Below, in pieces: positions 37,001 to 50,400 of a stretch of DNA of 64,000 nucleotides. A program made the translations under genes and the position numbers. A model generated the notes under the pieces. It searched no databases, was not told the DNA's origin, and worked only from the letters and a program-made list of their open reading frames with translations. Positions within the stretch are counted from its first letter, which is position 1; each line of letters begins with the position of its first letter. This DNA is from Azolla caroliniana (lineage: Eukaryota; Plantae; Polypodiophyta): contig JBHGNT010000011.1 in NCBI GenBank assembly GCA_043228905.1, positions 17,856,001-17,920,000 on the forward strand. The letters are read 5' to 3'.

Positions 37001-38184
37001 AGCCCTTCATTGTTCGAAACATATTCATAACAAAAACAACAAAGAATGTATTTCACACTATCAATAGCAATTTTCTTCAGAATAAAATCTAGTTGCAATT
37101 TGTGATATATAGAATGTGATCCCAAAATGGAGGCACATATATGTGAATGCACTCTCTTGACTAGTTTGGATAACATAACAAGGGATTTTGGAAGTTTTTT
37201 TTTTCTCTTTCGAAAAAGTGTTTTTGTAAAGATTCAATCGATAACATGTCACTGAGTTCTAAAAACCATTACACTATATAAGCATGTCGGATTTTCTCTT
37301 TTAAAACCTAAAGTAAATTTAAGATGAATATAATGCTATGATTTGGATGGTGAAGAGAAGTGTGGTAACAACATTTGATGTGATATTGATTCATTAAGGA
37401 TCACTAGTAAGAAATGTGCAAAAATTCCTCAACGTTTACCTACCTAATTTCGCTTTGAAGTGCATCAAATATAATATTTGTTTAATGTTCATTTCTCTTT
37501 GACAACTCCGTGAAACCATGTACTTTGTGTTGGAGAATTGATATGAAAACTTCAATTAATACTTTTCTCATTTTGCCATATAGATTGCACTTGTGCGTGG
37601 TTTCCGCATTGGTGTGCTAATAGATGAGCGAATTTCATTTTGTTGCTATGTGAGAGAATACTTAATGTCACTTATTATTCCAAGCATTACTCGTTTAACT
37701 GTTTTGTATTGACTTTCAAACCACTAGAGGGTAATTATGTGACAATGGAGTATTCATTCACCAATTGCATTGATATGTAGTTGTTTTTATTGTCCTATGT
37801 GCTAGAGAGTGATATATGTACATACACAAGGTCACTCTTTCAATACTTGAACTTGTGTGAGAACTATTGTGGAGTGCACATCTTGTCATAATCAATAGAA
37901 TGTGTCTCCATCGGAGCAATCTTAATGCTTATTCCCTTGGATGCCACAAGAGTCGTGCTAAGAGTTCACGCCATTACTTAAGTTGTCTTGTCTATGCATG
38001 GGGATGCGGACACAAAACCCTAAGGAGTTGGGCATAACAATGGGCACATGGTCACTTCTAGACCACTCTTACATTAAATTTGACAACTCACAAAAACTCA
38101 CATGCGTTCCGAACCAGGAAAGGTGGACTTTTTAATCTCGAGAAGAGGTGGTGGATTTCATAGGCGTGTGGAGGGTGAAGAAAA

Positions 38185-38219
38185 GGGTTTAGGGTTTAGG
38201 GTTTCAACCCTTAACCCTA
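38185..38219. repeat. Short interstitial telomere-like / telo-box motifs in inverted arrangement
   Basis: gggtttagggtttagggttt-caa-cccttaacccta, about 1.35 kb upstream of the kinesin ATG. Confidence 0.6.
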
Positions 38220-39560
38220 TATACTGTGGAGGTACAACTACCAAATCACCCCTCGTGCTATTCAAAGGTAGTAGTATGAGTGATGGAGTCGAGCATAGTG
38301 GTTGTGGAGCTATGTAGCTTGTGTGTAAGTGTGTGTGACGCAGATGGTGGACCGTGGTACCATATAAGGACACCAAACACACACACACACACACACCCTC
38401 ACCCACCCACCCAACTACCAGATCACGAGGTGTGAAAATTTGTGCTATCGGAAGCTATTGTTGTCCAATCGACCAATGGGGACAAGCACAATGGTTGCCG
38501 AGTTTTGTAGCATGTGTGTGTTATGGTGGACCGTGGTACTCTATAAGGAGGAGAACACACACACACACACACAAACACACAAGGGTAAGGATGGAAGGGT
38601 GGGTTTGACTCAATGAATCCAAAAAACAGAGAGATTAATCTAAAGAAAGAAAATAAGGCAACCAAATTTAAAGGAAGGATAGACAAAGAGAAAGAGAGGA
38701 TTGCAAAAGGGCGCCAAAACAAGAAGAAAAGGAAAGAAAAAAAACCACCACAAAAACACACACACACAAACAGGAAACAAAAAATGAAGAAGAAGAGACA
38801 GAAACAGGGTAGACAGGAAAAGAAGAAGAAGAAAAAAACCCATTGCAGTATTATTATTATTATTTGAATAAAAATAATTATTAAAATTATTTGAATAAAA
38901 ATAATTGTTACTGTCATAGTGCTTCTTTTGGATCTCTCCTCTCCTTATGATGATTTTGTTTTGATTTTCAATTTTATTTTTTTTCCTCTTTAAATTTTGG
39001 TTTTTTATTATTTTTTACCTGTTGTTTATTGTGGATTAAAATTCCTTAATTTTCTTTATTGTGGCTTGTCATCTGCAACGGCCCCCTTTTCCTTCCTCTC
39101 CCATGCTCTGCTTTGCTCTGTTCTGTTCTGTTCTGCTTTGCTCTGCTCCTAGACATAATCATCACCATCACCATTATCGTTTTCCATGAATACATTCCAT
39201 CATTCTTCCCTCTGAAACCATAATCCTTGACCTTCCATCCATCCATCCATCCATCCATATTTTCTTCCTTCCATTCATCCTTCCTTGCTCTTCTCTCAGC
39301 TCACCCTCCTCTGCAATATTCAATAACCATACCTTATGCATATACATATAGACCATGTACACCCGTAATTATATTTGCCGGAATCCCACTCACCCTCCTC
39401 TCAAGATAATCGGCAAATTCCTTTCTGCTTCGGAATAATCGAAAAAGAAAACACGATTTGTCTGCATTGTAATCGGCAATTGTTTAAAACCATCCTTTCC
39501 ATGTAATTAAATTTTGTCTTCATTTGTAGTCCTTATCATCAGCACCGTAAGCTAGCAGCT

Positions 39561-42500
39561 ATGGATTCCATGGAAGAGGAGAAGATATCTGTTAGCGTTC
39601 GAGTGAGACCTCTGAGTGAGAGAGAGATAAACAGAAATGATTTTACTGTGTGGGAGTTAAGCTCCCAAGGTAACACCATAGCTTACACATACAACAATAC
39701 CTCGAGCAGCAGCAGCAGCAGCGGAAGATCATCCTCATCCTCATCTTCAACCTCCTCCTCCTCTTCATCTTCGTCTCATTTTCCTCAACCATACACATTC
39801 GGTGAGTTTAATTCAATTTTAACACAACAGAAAATCAAATTCCAGTTTTTGCTCTATGTCCCGAAATGCCCTTGGATGTTAAATGATAGAGAATAGTATG
39901 TATATAATAAGCATTAATGCTCGTTTTCCCCTGCTCTATTAGAATTTGATACTTTGTTTCTAAATTAGTTATGCATGTGTTTTGCTGGCGTGCACTACTA
40001 ATGACAGCTTACACTACTAATGATAGACCGCGTATTCGGAGCGGACACCACGACAAAGGAGGTCTATGAGAAAGGCGCAAAAGATGTCGCACTTTCTGTT
40101 CTTGCTGGAAAGAATGGTATGAAATCTCCCCTTCTTATCACAACTATCTACTGTGTTTATTTGATTTTTGTAGGGGGAAAACTGGTGAATTATCCACTGG
40201 TCTACACACACACACACACACTTAACCTTGATGTTCGTTATGTGATCATAGCGACTGTATTCGCATACGGACAAACGAGCAGTGGGAAGACATACACAAT
40301 GCGAGGCATCACAGAGTACACTACCAATGATATCTTTGCATACATCGAACAGGTATTGCATTTTGACTTATCTTTTATGCCTACCCTTCTATGATACTTT
40401 TATTATTTCAATTCTAATGAACCAACAAACATAGAATTGAAAACAAATATTTGGTTTTGTTTTTCTTCATGCTTTGCTTATAGAACAAGGATCGAAGCTT
40501 TTTACTCAAGTTCTCGGCACTCGAGATTTATAATGAGGTTGTAACTGACCTTCTTAACTACGAGAACCTCCCATTGCGGCTAATGGACGATCCCGAGGTT
40601 CGTAGTGGTTTTTCAATGATTGACCACATTATAGTGCATGAGCAACTTTGTTTTGTTTACAAGTTTTGTCGTTGAATTCTTGCTGAGAAAATGTGAGAAG
40701 CAATATTGTTTCGTTTGATTCGTTCGGATCTCTCATGTGTTTTTCTTCATTTTTCACAGAGAGGAACCGTCATAGAGAAGTTAGAGGAGCAAACCATTAC
40801 AGATAAAGATCATCTTCAAAGTTTATTAGCTATATGTGAAGGTTTGTTTCGTGATTGAAATTTGAAATATGTTAGGTTAACTGACATTCAGAAGAAAATT
40901 TGATATACGTTAATTTTTTTTGCTTGTTATTTATTTGGCAGCTCATAGACAAGTTGGAGAGACATCGCTAAATGATTGCAGTTCAAGATCTCATCAAATC
41001 ATCAGATTGGTTAGGAACTTTCTTTGCTGAATATATATTGTTTCCTGGAGGAGTTTTAATGTTTTTTGAATTTAATTAATTAATTAATTTTTATTACGTT
41101 TTCTTATAATGTCGGAGTAGTCGATTGAAAGCTCTTCTCGAGTTGTATCAGATGCAATACCTGCAAAATCATTGATTGCAATCTTGGTGAGTTCACTCTC
41201 TTATTAGAAAGCTGTATGTGGGTGCTAAGGTGCTCCCATAGTCATCAGACCAAATTGAATGGATGAAGAAAGATAAAACTTGTGTGCAGAACTTTGTTGA
41301 CCTTGCAGGAAGCGAACGTGCATCCCTAACTCATTCTGAGGGAGCTCGCTTGAAGGAAGGTTGCCATATCAACCGTAGTCTTCTAACTCTGAGCACTGTC
41401 ATTCGGAAATTAAGGTGTGTGACAAGAATTTCTTCGAATGAAAGGAGCTAGAACAATGTTAAGCACTGCAGTTAAATTTAGACAATTTCAAAATATTTAT
41501 TAATCATCTCAAAGGCTAGAAATCTTCACCGTCATATACTGATTGCTTAGAAACACAAATTTATTGATATTGTAGTGATTCAAACCGCATGAAAGTAGGT
41601 CATCTTCCTTATCGAGATTCAAAACTTACACGCATTCTACAAAATTCTCTTGGAGGCAATGCCCGAACTGCAATCATATGCACGATGAGTGCTTCTAATA
41701 GGCATATTGAGCAAACGAAGAACACATTGTTTTTTGCTTCGTGTGCAAAGGAAGTCACAAATCGGGCCCAAGTAAACATGGTGAGAAACTAGCTACAAAC
41801 AATGCAAGTTTCCATTACTCTATATTAGGAATGTTTCTCAACAAGGTCTTGTATGTATTTGGTGTGTGTCTTGTTATGCAGGTGGTTTCTGATAAAGAGT
41901 TCATCAAGCAATTGAAAAGGGAGGTTGCTTTACTTGAGGCGAAACTCCATCTCTCTACATACTCCACTCGGGCATCTTCTGATGCATTGCTGATGGAGAA
42001 AGATTTGTATATTCAGAAGGTAGAAATTTGCAAGAAGCAACCCTCTTGTTCTCCAATTTTGGTTGGGTTTTTTGTTTGTTTATATGGACAATTAATTTAG
42101 ATTGGAGTTTTCTATGCAAACAGATGCAAGACGAGATGCATAAAGCACTGCAACAACGTGACCTTGTCCAGTCTCGGCTGGATTCAGTTCTTAAACAAAT
42201 GGAAGCTCGTGAGCAAGCAAGAGCACTGGTAAGCTAACTGGAGACTTGAAGGATTAAAAGCATGGGAATGGGATAAAAAACTGTCAGTAGTTCTTTCAAA
42301 ATCAACATAGGTACTAGGAAAAATGTGGTTTTCAGCTCAGTTAGTTAAGGTAGACATTAGAGAATCCACCAAAAATTGGTAGTATAGGGAACAAATAAGC
42401 CTTATGTCTGATTCCAATCATTGTGCTTTCACTGATCTTAGGAAATCAAAAGAGAATGGAACTAGTTGATGTGAAGGCATGGTCTTTGATGACTGATGCA

Positions 42501-44420
42501 TTCACGTATTTTTTGAATGTAACAGGCTCTATCTAGAACCAGTTGTGTTGATACATCACCTTCAAGTTCGCTTGAGTATCAAAACATGCAAACTCCTTTG
42601 AGCAGTCAATCTTTGGAAGGGGATGATGATATGCCGTGGAAACAGGATGCAGTTAAACAAGTGAATGGAAGCCCTTTAGTAAAGTATAATGGGGAAAACC
42701 CAAATAATACATCAGCTTCAGCTATGCTGCTTCAGGAAATCTACAAGTTAGAACATTTACAGACTGAACTTGCACAAGATGCAAATCAGGCATTGGAAAC
42801 TGTTAAAAAGGAGGTTGAATGTCTGCGCCTTGATCAACCAGAAATGAATGAAGAAGCATCTAAGAATGTGGCTAAAATTCAAGCCGAGATAAACAAAATT
42901 TATGAGAGTCGTGTAACTGGTCATGTGATGACTGACTTTTCGATCACCAAAGATCTTATTGTTGACGAAAGACGAAAAGGCACATCTTTGAAAGATGAGA
43001 TTCGTAGGATCATATCGAAGGAGAAACGGAAATTGGGAGATACTACTGAGGCGAATCGCATATGCTTCGATAAGCTGTTTGCAAATATGCATGTTCCAGT
43101 GGAAGATCTCATGATGCCAAAGTTGATACCTGCGAGAACACTGCTTTCAACACCACAGAATTTCAATGAAAGCTTCAATAGTACTAATAATGGTTTCGAT
43201 GCTAATCATAAATTAAACTTGGCCTCTACCAAGATGAGCTTCTTCTCATTGGATGAGAAGACTCCATCACAAGCAGGTTAAACCTCAAAAATGTGTAAAG
43301 GGTTTAGGATATAGGCTTAAAGTCTAGCCTTAAAAATGAGTGTTTTTGTTTGAGTGTGCAAAATGGTTTTCTTGTGATTGCTATAGGAGAGAACATCAGG
43401 AGTGTTCATGCCTACGTGACAGATCTTAAGGAGAGAGCTGCAAAACTTCAGTATCAGAAGCAACTATTGGCTTCTCGGGTAAAGACGAAAACGAACATAA
43501 GTTGCTCAGCATTTTGCAATTTTTCCACACAAAGGTCATTACAAAAATATAGTTATGAACTTCAATTTATTTTATTTGTGAATGTTGATGAAAGGTAGTT
43601 GAGCTTGAGCGGAACAGGAGCCCTGACGACGAGTCCGTAGATTCATTTGCCCTTACGTTGTCACCTCGGAAATGGAAGCAAGATTTCGAGATGAAGCGAA
43701 AGCAAATCTTTCAGGTATGGGATGCTTGCCATGTATCGATCATTCATCGGTCACAATTCTATCTTCTCTTCGGTGGAGATCCGACGGATGCTATTTACAT
43801 TGAGGTCGAGCTGCGGCGATTACTATGGTTGAGGAGTAACCATCATCTGAAACTCAATCGAAAGTCAGCAAATAGAGTGGGCCATGTTGCTAGTCCAAGC
43901 TCGAGGTAATAGAAAACTATGTTTTTTTCTGACTTATATAGCTCAATAAGTAATCATTTCTGAGTTTTAGTATGAACTTAGATCACCTTGCTTTTTCATT
44001 TCATGTTTAGAATGATATTTCTCTTGTTCTTCTTCTTGATGTTATGATTTTTTTGGATACAGTCTACGCAATCTCAAGCGCGAGAGAGAGTCATTGGTCA
44101 AACATTTGAGAAATGGGGTGACAAGTGACGAGAGGGAAATGATATACAAGCAATGGGGGATACCAATAGGTGCAAAACAAAGGAAAGTGAGGCTAGCCCA
44201 TATGGTTTGGACAGATCCTCACGACGACGAACACATAAAGATGAGTGCGAATCTTGTGGCAAGGGTCATTGGGTTATGGGATCAAAATAACGATAGTGAT
44301 CAGCTTCTTGCGTCCAAGGAGATGTTCCAGCTCAGTTTTTCTCCTCCTATTCACATTGAAAAGACTTGGTTCGGACATTGGAATTCCGTCACTAATATGT
44401 TTGCTTATTATAAGAGGTAG
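39561..44420 (+). CDS. Kinesin-7, NACK/HINKEL/TETRASPORE-like (N-terminal motor, C-terminal DUF3490 region), 15 exons
   Basis: Exons 39561-39801, 40027-40116, 40252-40352, 40484-40597, 40760-40841, 40942-41009, 41121-41186, 41290-41414, 41576-41780, 41882-42019, 42124-42228, 42526-43276, 43387-43478, 43595-43905, 44063-44420. Motifs: [11 protein letters not shown]-loop [52 protein letters not shown]-like [19 protein letters not shown], and [34 protein letters not shown]. Confidence 0.93.
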
Positions 44421-47400
44421 AAATAAAAATATGAAGTCTATACAACATACAGCCCCCCATCTATCTATCTATCTATTTGTTGAAGGTAGATCTATACTGA
44501 GCTATAATGTTTCATGTTTGAGATAAGGATGTGGACTGTCTGTAGGGCATATGACTTCTTCATTTTGTCCTTTATTCGAGTATCCACCATGCTCATCCTC
44601 ATCTTGTATCATGTATTAATGTGTATGTATAAAGCTTTCTCAACATTTACCATGAGTTGAACTTGGGAGAACCCAAAACTAAACATCACTACCCAGATTT
44701 GTATTGAGTTCTATACATGCCTTAAGTTTAACAGCGGTGTAAGAAGCATTGATGTGGTTTTCTAATATTTGAGGGAAGCTTCACGCAGTGCAAGTTGCAA
44801 GCATCAATACACTATTTCATGTGCCTTTTTGAACATTTATTTACATGTTCATGCAATGTTATACCATGAATTTTGTCTTGCAAAATTCGAAACCTGAAAT
44901 AGATCTTTAATGAATACAAGATGATCTATAAGGCTTAATAACCTAGCAATTAAACCAAAATTCTGGTTCATATACTTCCAAAATTAGGGCTTCTGAAACC
45001 ACGGTTCCAGACAACACCAGTGCTCATCATGTAATGCCTTGTCTTAACATTAAGCAATTCATCCCAGCAAGATTCACAAAGCAACCATGCCAAACAATAT
45101 TGAATATCTTTGGAGATCAAAAGGAAGTATTTGAGTACAATAAAGGGAACAACTATGTACATCAAGCTTTATATGATAGACCATAGTACATATGTGCTAC
45201 ACTACGCTCCCTAGTTTGAAAAACAAATTCAGTCATAGTCATTGATGCCAAATGGTAAGAGCACTCATGTTTTGAATCTTGAACCATTCACCGTTAGAGA
45301 ATGTGTGAACCATCATGGAAGGCCCTCTTGGTTAAAAAAATTAATATAGATGCTGGAAGAAAGTGAGAAACATGTCTAGAGGGTGGGACCGAATCAACGT
45401 CTTCAAAATTGTTGCATTTCAGTTAGGTTTCTTTCTTACACATTGTTGACTTGAGCATGAGCATCAACACTCATGTGTGGGTTATTGCAAAAAGGGCATA
45501 GAATCTATTCAGGATGTTGTGAGAGATTATTGGCAGTTGATGCCCTTATTATACCTAATTGTACGTGCAAATCATATATACTTATCATCAAACAATTTGT
45601 AATAAGGTATAACATTTGATTCCGACAACATGTCAAAGATTGGAGTTGTGTACAATCGAATTGCATCTACTAAGTAATTTTTGTCAACATGGATAAAAAA
45701 AACATCATGATTTTTATTTTTTTATGTATTAAGAAACACCCTAAAGCTATACATAAAAGATTTACCTTTTAGTAATGAGCCCCTTTCCTAAATTCTAATC
45801 GTCCGCTTAAATAATTACTTCGGTGTAGCATATAACCACTAAACCTTATCAGAAATCCGTCCATAAAATATGCCTTTGTCCCAAATGGCATGAAACTTCA
45901 ATTGTTTGAGCTCCGCTTGTTGCATAAATTACCTTTTCTGTTATCCAAAGAACCTCTTAAGACTGAGACTATCCACAATCTTTGTCCAAATCCCATAATT
46001 TATTTACGTAGGTCTTTCAATCACATTTTGGAATACTTTCTAACATCGAGCCTTCCAAATTGTCTAGGTATTATGGGCGGTGGTACAAGATAAACCAATG
46101 GTATATGAACAAGAGGATGTTGCGGATGCTATTGCTATGAGACGTGGTTTGATGCAAAAAAACATCGAGACTAATAGAGACTGATAAATCTGAAATATGA
46201 CAATTTGTAAGTAGTATCACAATTTGGTATAACAAACATGATGATTGGTTACAAGTCAATTCGTTGTGAATGAAAAGCTTGAGAAGTATTAGGAGATCCA
46301 CGTTTAGTTAAGCAAATTGACACTGGCTCACAATCAACTAGACATTTAATGTGACCATGTCAAAGTACTACATGACTTTTTGAGCAATCAAGTGATAAAA
46401 TTTACAATTTATTATTTAAGGATTCTCTTTTGGAGGAGTTACAAACTATTCCTTGAGAAACTTGCTTTATACACCATCTTGGGATTTGGTGAGGGTTGTA
46501 ACTTGTATGTATATCATGTAGATATGAAATCTTGAATCATCCTATAGGTTGAATGAGTGTATATTCTTTAGGGCCTAGGCAATCAATTGATAATCTTTGT
46601 ATGGCTGGGTTTCTTGGGACATATTCCCTTCCATTAGGGTAAACATAGTTCGATACCAATTGCACGCTTAAAGTTTCTCATTATCTCGTTGAATTTTCCT
46701 TTCTATGTTATTGCATAAATCCCCTCACTACCAAAATATAAAATTCTATGGAATATTACGTGATTCAACCATTTTGGTAGTGCTATTAAAAATTGAATGA
46801 GAATTCCATAAACGATAGAGGAGGAATAACGTTTTGGGGTCAACCAAAGAAACACATAAAAGCTAAATGGTTCAATATTTTGTCATATTTAAGAATTTGC
46901 ACAGTTTTTATGCTCAACATGCACTTGGATAGCCCTATTCAATTATTACTTGCACCCACATGTCCATATAGCTATTTCTTAGTATGTTCAAGCAACCATA
47001 CTAATGAGACTTTGTTTTGTAGGTGTGTTAACATGCTTCTGACAAACGAGTTTATACACCAAAGGCAGGTCAAGGAAAGGGTGTTACGAAGCATCGATAC
47101 TCGACAAAGACAAGAATGGAGGGATGGACAGAGGCAAGATCCGGACGTGTACGAGAGAGCACTCGGACACACGCACGAATGTGGATGTGGTGATCTAATG
47201 TGTTGGCCATACATATTAACGGCGGCTCCTCCGATTATCCCAATGGATGGACGTGTAGGCCAAATGGCACAAGGTGAACGGCCATCGGCATCAACACGTC
47301 CATTACCACCCCGACCACATGCGATGCGGCACATGACTTCTCATCAGACACATGCATATCATAATCATGATTCATACCCCCCCCCCCCCCCCCTCCCCAC

Positions 47401-47480
47401 AATTGCTTCTTCTCTCTAAAGTCTAAACCTCAAAAATGGAGGTTTAGCTCTTCCTCTTCTACTATCTTCACTCTGTGACC

Positions 47481-50400
47481 ATGGCGACGGAGGATTCTCC
47501 TCTGCCCCCCCTGATCGACTCCATCCCTTCAAACCTCGTGGCTCGGATGCTGTCCCTCGGTGTAAGTCTTCCTCCCTCTCTCTCTCTCTCTCTCTTTTCA
47601 CAGACGTCTACCTCATGATCTGTCAGAAATTGTTTTAAATCATAAAGCATAAGAGTTCTTGTCTTAAATGGAAAGTATCCGGTCAAGTAAAGATGAATCT
47701 TAAACTTCGTACTTGATGTGGATCCCTGATTTGGAGCCAATCGAGCTGTCTGCATTACATACACATTGAATGCGCTTTTTCAATGTGCAAACAGGACTTC
47801 TGCATGCATGGAAATGAATGTACTTCTCATGTGCAAAGCACTTGTGTATACATATAAATGCATGTAGTTTTCAAGTTGCAAAAGAGCTTTTTGAACTCCC
47901 AAGTAAATGGGCTCTTCAAAATTCAGAAGATCTCGTGCATGTATATAAGTGGGTGGTCTTGTCAAGCGCAGAAGAACTTGTGGTATGGATACATGGAAAT
48001 GAATAAATTTTGTAATTGTGAAAGAACTTGTTGAATATGGAGAACTGAGTGAACTTTCCATTTGCAAAAGTTCTTGTGAATGCATAAAAAGGAATAGCCT
48101 TTTCAATTGCAAACGTGTCTGTACACACATAGAAGAGAGGGGCTTTCCAAATTCCAGTGGTGGACTTTGTAACCGTAGAACTTGTTTGCATACACACAAT
48201 GAATGGACTTTTCAATTGCAAAAGAGCTTGTGCTTATGTAGAACTATTTTATTTTATTTTATTTTTCAATCACAAAAGAGTAATTCCACATCGAAGGGAA
48301 CAGGCTTTTTGATTGGGGAAAAGAACTTTTGAACTAATACAACTGAATGGACCTGCCAAAGGTCAGTGAAATTGTGCATACAAAGAAGTAAATTGGCGTT
48401 TCAATTGAAAAATCACATCTGTAGTCATAGAAGCAAATTTCCATTTGAAATGCAAAAGAACTGTTGTGTGCATTGCAGTGAAGAGTCTTTTCAGAATGCA
48501 CAAGAAATTGTGCACATATATAGCGTAAACAGACTTCTGAAGTGAAGAAATAAACTTTTATATTTATATGCATAGGAATGAATGAAAATTTGAAATGCAC
48601 AACAATTTATGCATACATAGAAGTGGATGGACTTGGCAATCACATTCTATCTGTATATTTGCTTTTGCGTTTTAGATGGAAGCTGATAACTTGTAATCCA
48701 GAAACGCTTCACGGGGTAATCTTATCATATCACAGATATAGACAACCTCAATATGTAGTTATTAATGGAGGAGAATATACAAATAGAGTTGATATCCTTC
48801 TGAGAAATCAAGAATCAAAATGCTTCTTAATTAAACACAATTTTTGTCACATGTAAAGAGCTAGAGGCTCTCAGATTGGTTTAATCAAAGCATTACATGC
48901 TAAAGCAAATGTGAACACATTGTCTTTATGCATCATATATGAGACTTTAGGCTACAAATTACGGCTTATCAATCATATATGAGACTTTAGATGACAAAAT
49001 GGGCTTATAGATGCATGAGGTTATCAAAGTGTTTCAAATATATAAACATGATAATTTAAATGTATAGGACATGATTGATAAAATTAAGGTTCTGGGTTTT
49101 ATGCTTTGTTCATCATAAAAAATCTTCATAAATTAATAACATTTTCTCTTAAAATGTTGGTGTCACAATATGGACATTTTATCCATAAAACGCAACGAGT
49201 GAAAACCATATCATTTCTTAGAAAACTTTTAAAAACCAATTCCTGTGTGATAAATTACAATAATATTATTGGCTACATTGTGTGTCTGAATCGTATAATC
49301 AATGTAACCACATTGACGTGAATGCATACATTCTGTGTGTTCATGGATGCAGCTAGATATTGCTCACTGGAAACTACATTTGAAAGTAGTACTTCATGCA
49401 AACAATGATAGAAATCATACAAAACCTCCAATCACACCACTCAGAGAAGTCTAATTGGAATTATTTTGTGAAAATGGGAATAAATTTTACCATTAATGAG
49501 ACAGTGTGAAGTTTTGCAATGGATACAAGAGCCATATGATTACAAATGACAATGCAAAGGTTATGTGAGTTTGTATCAGGCAAAGATAACACACAAAACG
49601 AAGATAGTTGTATGGATTCATTCTCTTTCGTCCGATTGACATGTATTGAATTGGTGGACTTGTGTAAAAGAGTATTATGGTGTAACATTTTCTCTGCTTG
49701 GCCCAAGTTGAAGGCTATTAACAACTTGGAACATAATGGAGAGGTTGGTATTTGAGAATGATTATATGGTTTCCTTATATGTTTGTGAAATCATCACTAT
49801 ATTCAGGAGGAAATGCAGCTTTTTGCTATGAATAATGAAATCTATTTACTTAAGCACAGGAACCATTCTCTCATACGCCTGCATGCCCTTTTGGCAACAT
49901 TGTGATAAAGTAAATCGATTTTATGATATAAGCACGTCAATATTTTATGCGTTCAAATGAATTGCTCCTCAATAATATGCAGGTCTGCCCAAGATGCATT
50001 TTCCGTTTTCTTGGTTGTCATGATGATGTGTACTCGGATTCTTCTTTTACAAGGAGGTTTATTGATCATATCATCTCTAAAAGGCAGGAAAAGTCCTCGG
50101 ATTTAGAAGCAGTTGATGGGAAATCACATAATGCTTTGTGTTCTTCGGGCGCTAGTAAACCTTGTGTTGTTTGCCTTGGTATTCTGGACCTTTGTCAAGA
50201 TGATGTTTCAAGAGTTGATCAAGGAGAGGAGAATCTCCCTTCATACAAAGCACAAATAATAACAGCTGTCAAGGATCAGGGGCATAGGTTCAGTGACTTC
50301 TGTTTAGAAATGACAATCCCAGGGGTGATATTAGTGAGAGAACGTGCTCTTTGGTAAGACTTCCCCCCCTTGTATGTGCTGTTTTGATTGAGAGGCTTGT

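Noticed and set aside
38423-38917. Hydrophobic Phe-rich and Lys-rich ORFs
   Set aside because: This is low-complexity A-rich upstream sequence with no splice-consistent gene model.
39076-39081. CAACGG MSA-like core upstream of the NACK-type kinesin
   Set aside because: A single short core is expected by chance, and functional MSA promoters usually carry several.
46793-47419. 208-aa ORF upstream of PUS10
   Set aside because: It has a non-ATG start and no recognisable domain, and it overlaps the GC-richer PUS10 promoter region.
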